A DNA stretch of 63,556 nt, the filler included, from Nemertoderma westbladi (lineage: Eukaryota; Animalia; Xenacoelomorpha): NCBI GenBank assembly GCA_032718475.1. It is 4 parts of 4 records of this genome, joined end to end, with 100 filler letters (N's around TTAATTAATTAA, not from the genome) between each part and the next. Parts side by side here need not be neighbours in the genome. Positions count along the whole stretch, not along the records: positions 62,021 to 63,556 come from JAUCBJ010006926.1; 3 more parts are not named here. One strand, 5' to 3'. The first letter of the stretch is position 1. Every line of letters begins with the position of its first letter. The notes beneath the pieces are model-generated. The model was given only the letters and a program-made list of their open reading frames with translations. It searched no databases and was not told the origin of the DNA. This document shows, in pieces, positions 61,921-63,556 of this stretch. Position numbers and translations under genes: made by a program.

Positions 61921-62020
61921 NNNNNNNNNNNNNNNNNNNNNNNNNNNNNNNNNNNNNNNNNNNNTTAATTAATTAANNNNNNNNNNNNNNNNNNNNNNNN
62001 NNNNNNNNNNNNNNNNNNNN
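61921..62020. other. Artificial contig linker
   Basis: N44-TTAATTAATTAA-N44. Confidence 0.97.
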
Positions 62021-62370
62021 GCTACACAAGACTACTAAGGGCAGCCCTAAACATCAGCTGGAGACAACACATGACAAACGCCGAGCTTTATGGTACAATA
62101 CCACCTGTATCAACCACCCTCCGTGAACGCAGATTAAGATTCAGTGGGCACTGCTGGCGAAGTAAAGACGAAGTCATACCAGATCTACTTCTCTGGCAAC
62201 CAACTCATGGAAAGCGTAATCGTGGACGACCTGCCATAACATATATAGATCAACTTGAAAGGGATACTGAACTTGGGAGAAACGAAATTGCGACAACTAT
62301 GGAGAATCGGGAAGCCTGGAAGGATCTCATTTCCACTGTCCGAGTTCGCTCGACCTAGTAGTAGTAGTAA
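62021..62370 (+). mobile_element. RTE-like LINE 3' end with (TAG)n tail
   Basis: RRLRFSGHCWR, LLWQP, GRP..TYID; ends tagtagtagtagtaa; matches 26928-27240. Confidence 0.9.
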
Positions 62371-63556
62371 TTCTTTAATAAAACGTGCAGCGATATAGTG
62401 GTACAAAATAAATTGAACTATAGTATTTAAATACTGTATATTGCTTCCATAGTTACTTTGATTCATATTATTGAACTCTTCAACTCCTGATGCTGCCTTA
62501 CTCAATGTTACAATAATTAAGTGTTCTCGAATATTTATTACGTAACTAGAGAGCCGCTTAACAACACAAACCAATATTGGATATTGTGTTCCGTGTTGGA
62601 GTTCGCCTTGCAGACACTAAAGTTGCAATAACATTTGAGTGTGTGAATGGATTTTGCTCAAATTACTTGCAAACATTTTCTACGCCGATGCTCTTACAAA
62701 ATATGTAATAAAATTTAAAAAATTCCACTAAAAATATTTTACTTTACTTTTTTCGCCGGGAAAAAAGTAAAATCAATGCAATCCTATGGATTACTTTTTT
62801 TCCCTAGGGAAAAAAGTGAAACTTTTTATCCCGATTTTGGTGAAGTAACAATTTATGAATAAGAAAATTTATCTTGCGCTTATTAGAAGCTTGAACATTC
62901 CAACGCCCATATCCGCTTTATCTCAACAAAATTTAATTGTATTTGATATTAACATAAAATATTTGCGTTTTCTTAGTTCAATTACAGTAATTAAGTATAT
63001 ATTGTAAAAATTTAACATATATATATACAGTATATTGAAATGAATGGACGCCATCTTGAATGGATATGTTGAGTGAAAACACAGGAATATGACGTTGGTA
63101 GGGGCTTATTTAAGTATCTCGTGAAAAAAAAAAAAAATATAATTGTAGTAAATTTTTAACGCCTTTTATTAGTAATAAGTAATAAGGAATTAGTTATAAC
63201 TATTTCATTATGCATTATTCTGTTAAATACAACTATATACAACTTATTTTCGATCGCTTTAAAGAATAACTTCCCGTAAGAGTTATAAAGATTTTTTTAC
63301 ATATTAATAATCCTGAATAATATGGCTTTTATATGAACTATTAATCATTAATTTCTGTTCATTATAACGAGACTTACAAATGGTTTAAAACCCAACAGTA
63401 AGAATATTGTTCTTCAATCCCTTATTTTTGTAATTAAATAGTTCAACCAACCAATGAGAGGCCTAGGATTCCAATTACAAAGGATGTCTACAGGGTGGGT
63501 GGTTCAATGCTTGTAGTAGGTCTATGGAGTACGGTGCAGCTCTAGAGGGAGGAAGT

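Overview
AT-rich, repeat-dense eukaryotic (invertebrate-animal-like) genomic DNA. It is four contigs joined by artificial 100-bp linkers (N44-TTAATTAATTAA-N44 at 22793, 45737, 61921), so adjacency across linkers may not be biological. Most of the window is decayed mobile DNA: RTE-like, CRE-like and CR1/L2-like non-LTR retroelements, a Copia (GalEa-like) and a BEL/Pao LTR relic, a Harbinger relic with a MADF exon, many nested non-autonomous DNA transposons with readable TIRs/TSDs (hAT, P-like, Transib-like, TTAA-type, Tc1/pogo-like, CACTA-like), tRNA-Gly-derived SINEs and several minisatellites. There are two intact single-exon host ORFs: a bacterial-looking class II SAM O-methyltransferase with an altered catalytic motif (50889-51920) and AGGF1 (58077-59921). 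The most notable observations are the candidate horizontally acquired methyltransferase, a PWWP chromatin-reader exon inside a CACTA-like transposon end, a duplicated 6-Cys exon missed by the ORF track, a satellite built from a transposon terminus, and abundant TACAGTA/TACTGTA excision-footprint-like motifs. All family assignments come from motif recognition by eye; no searches were run.
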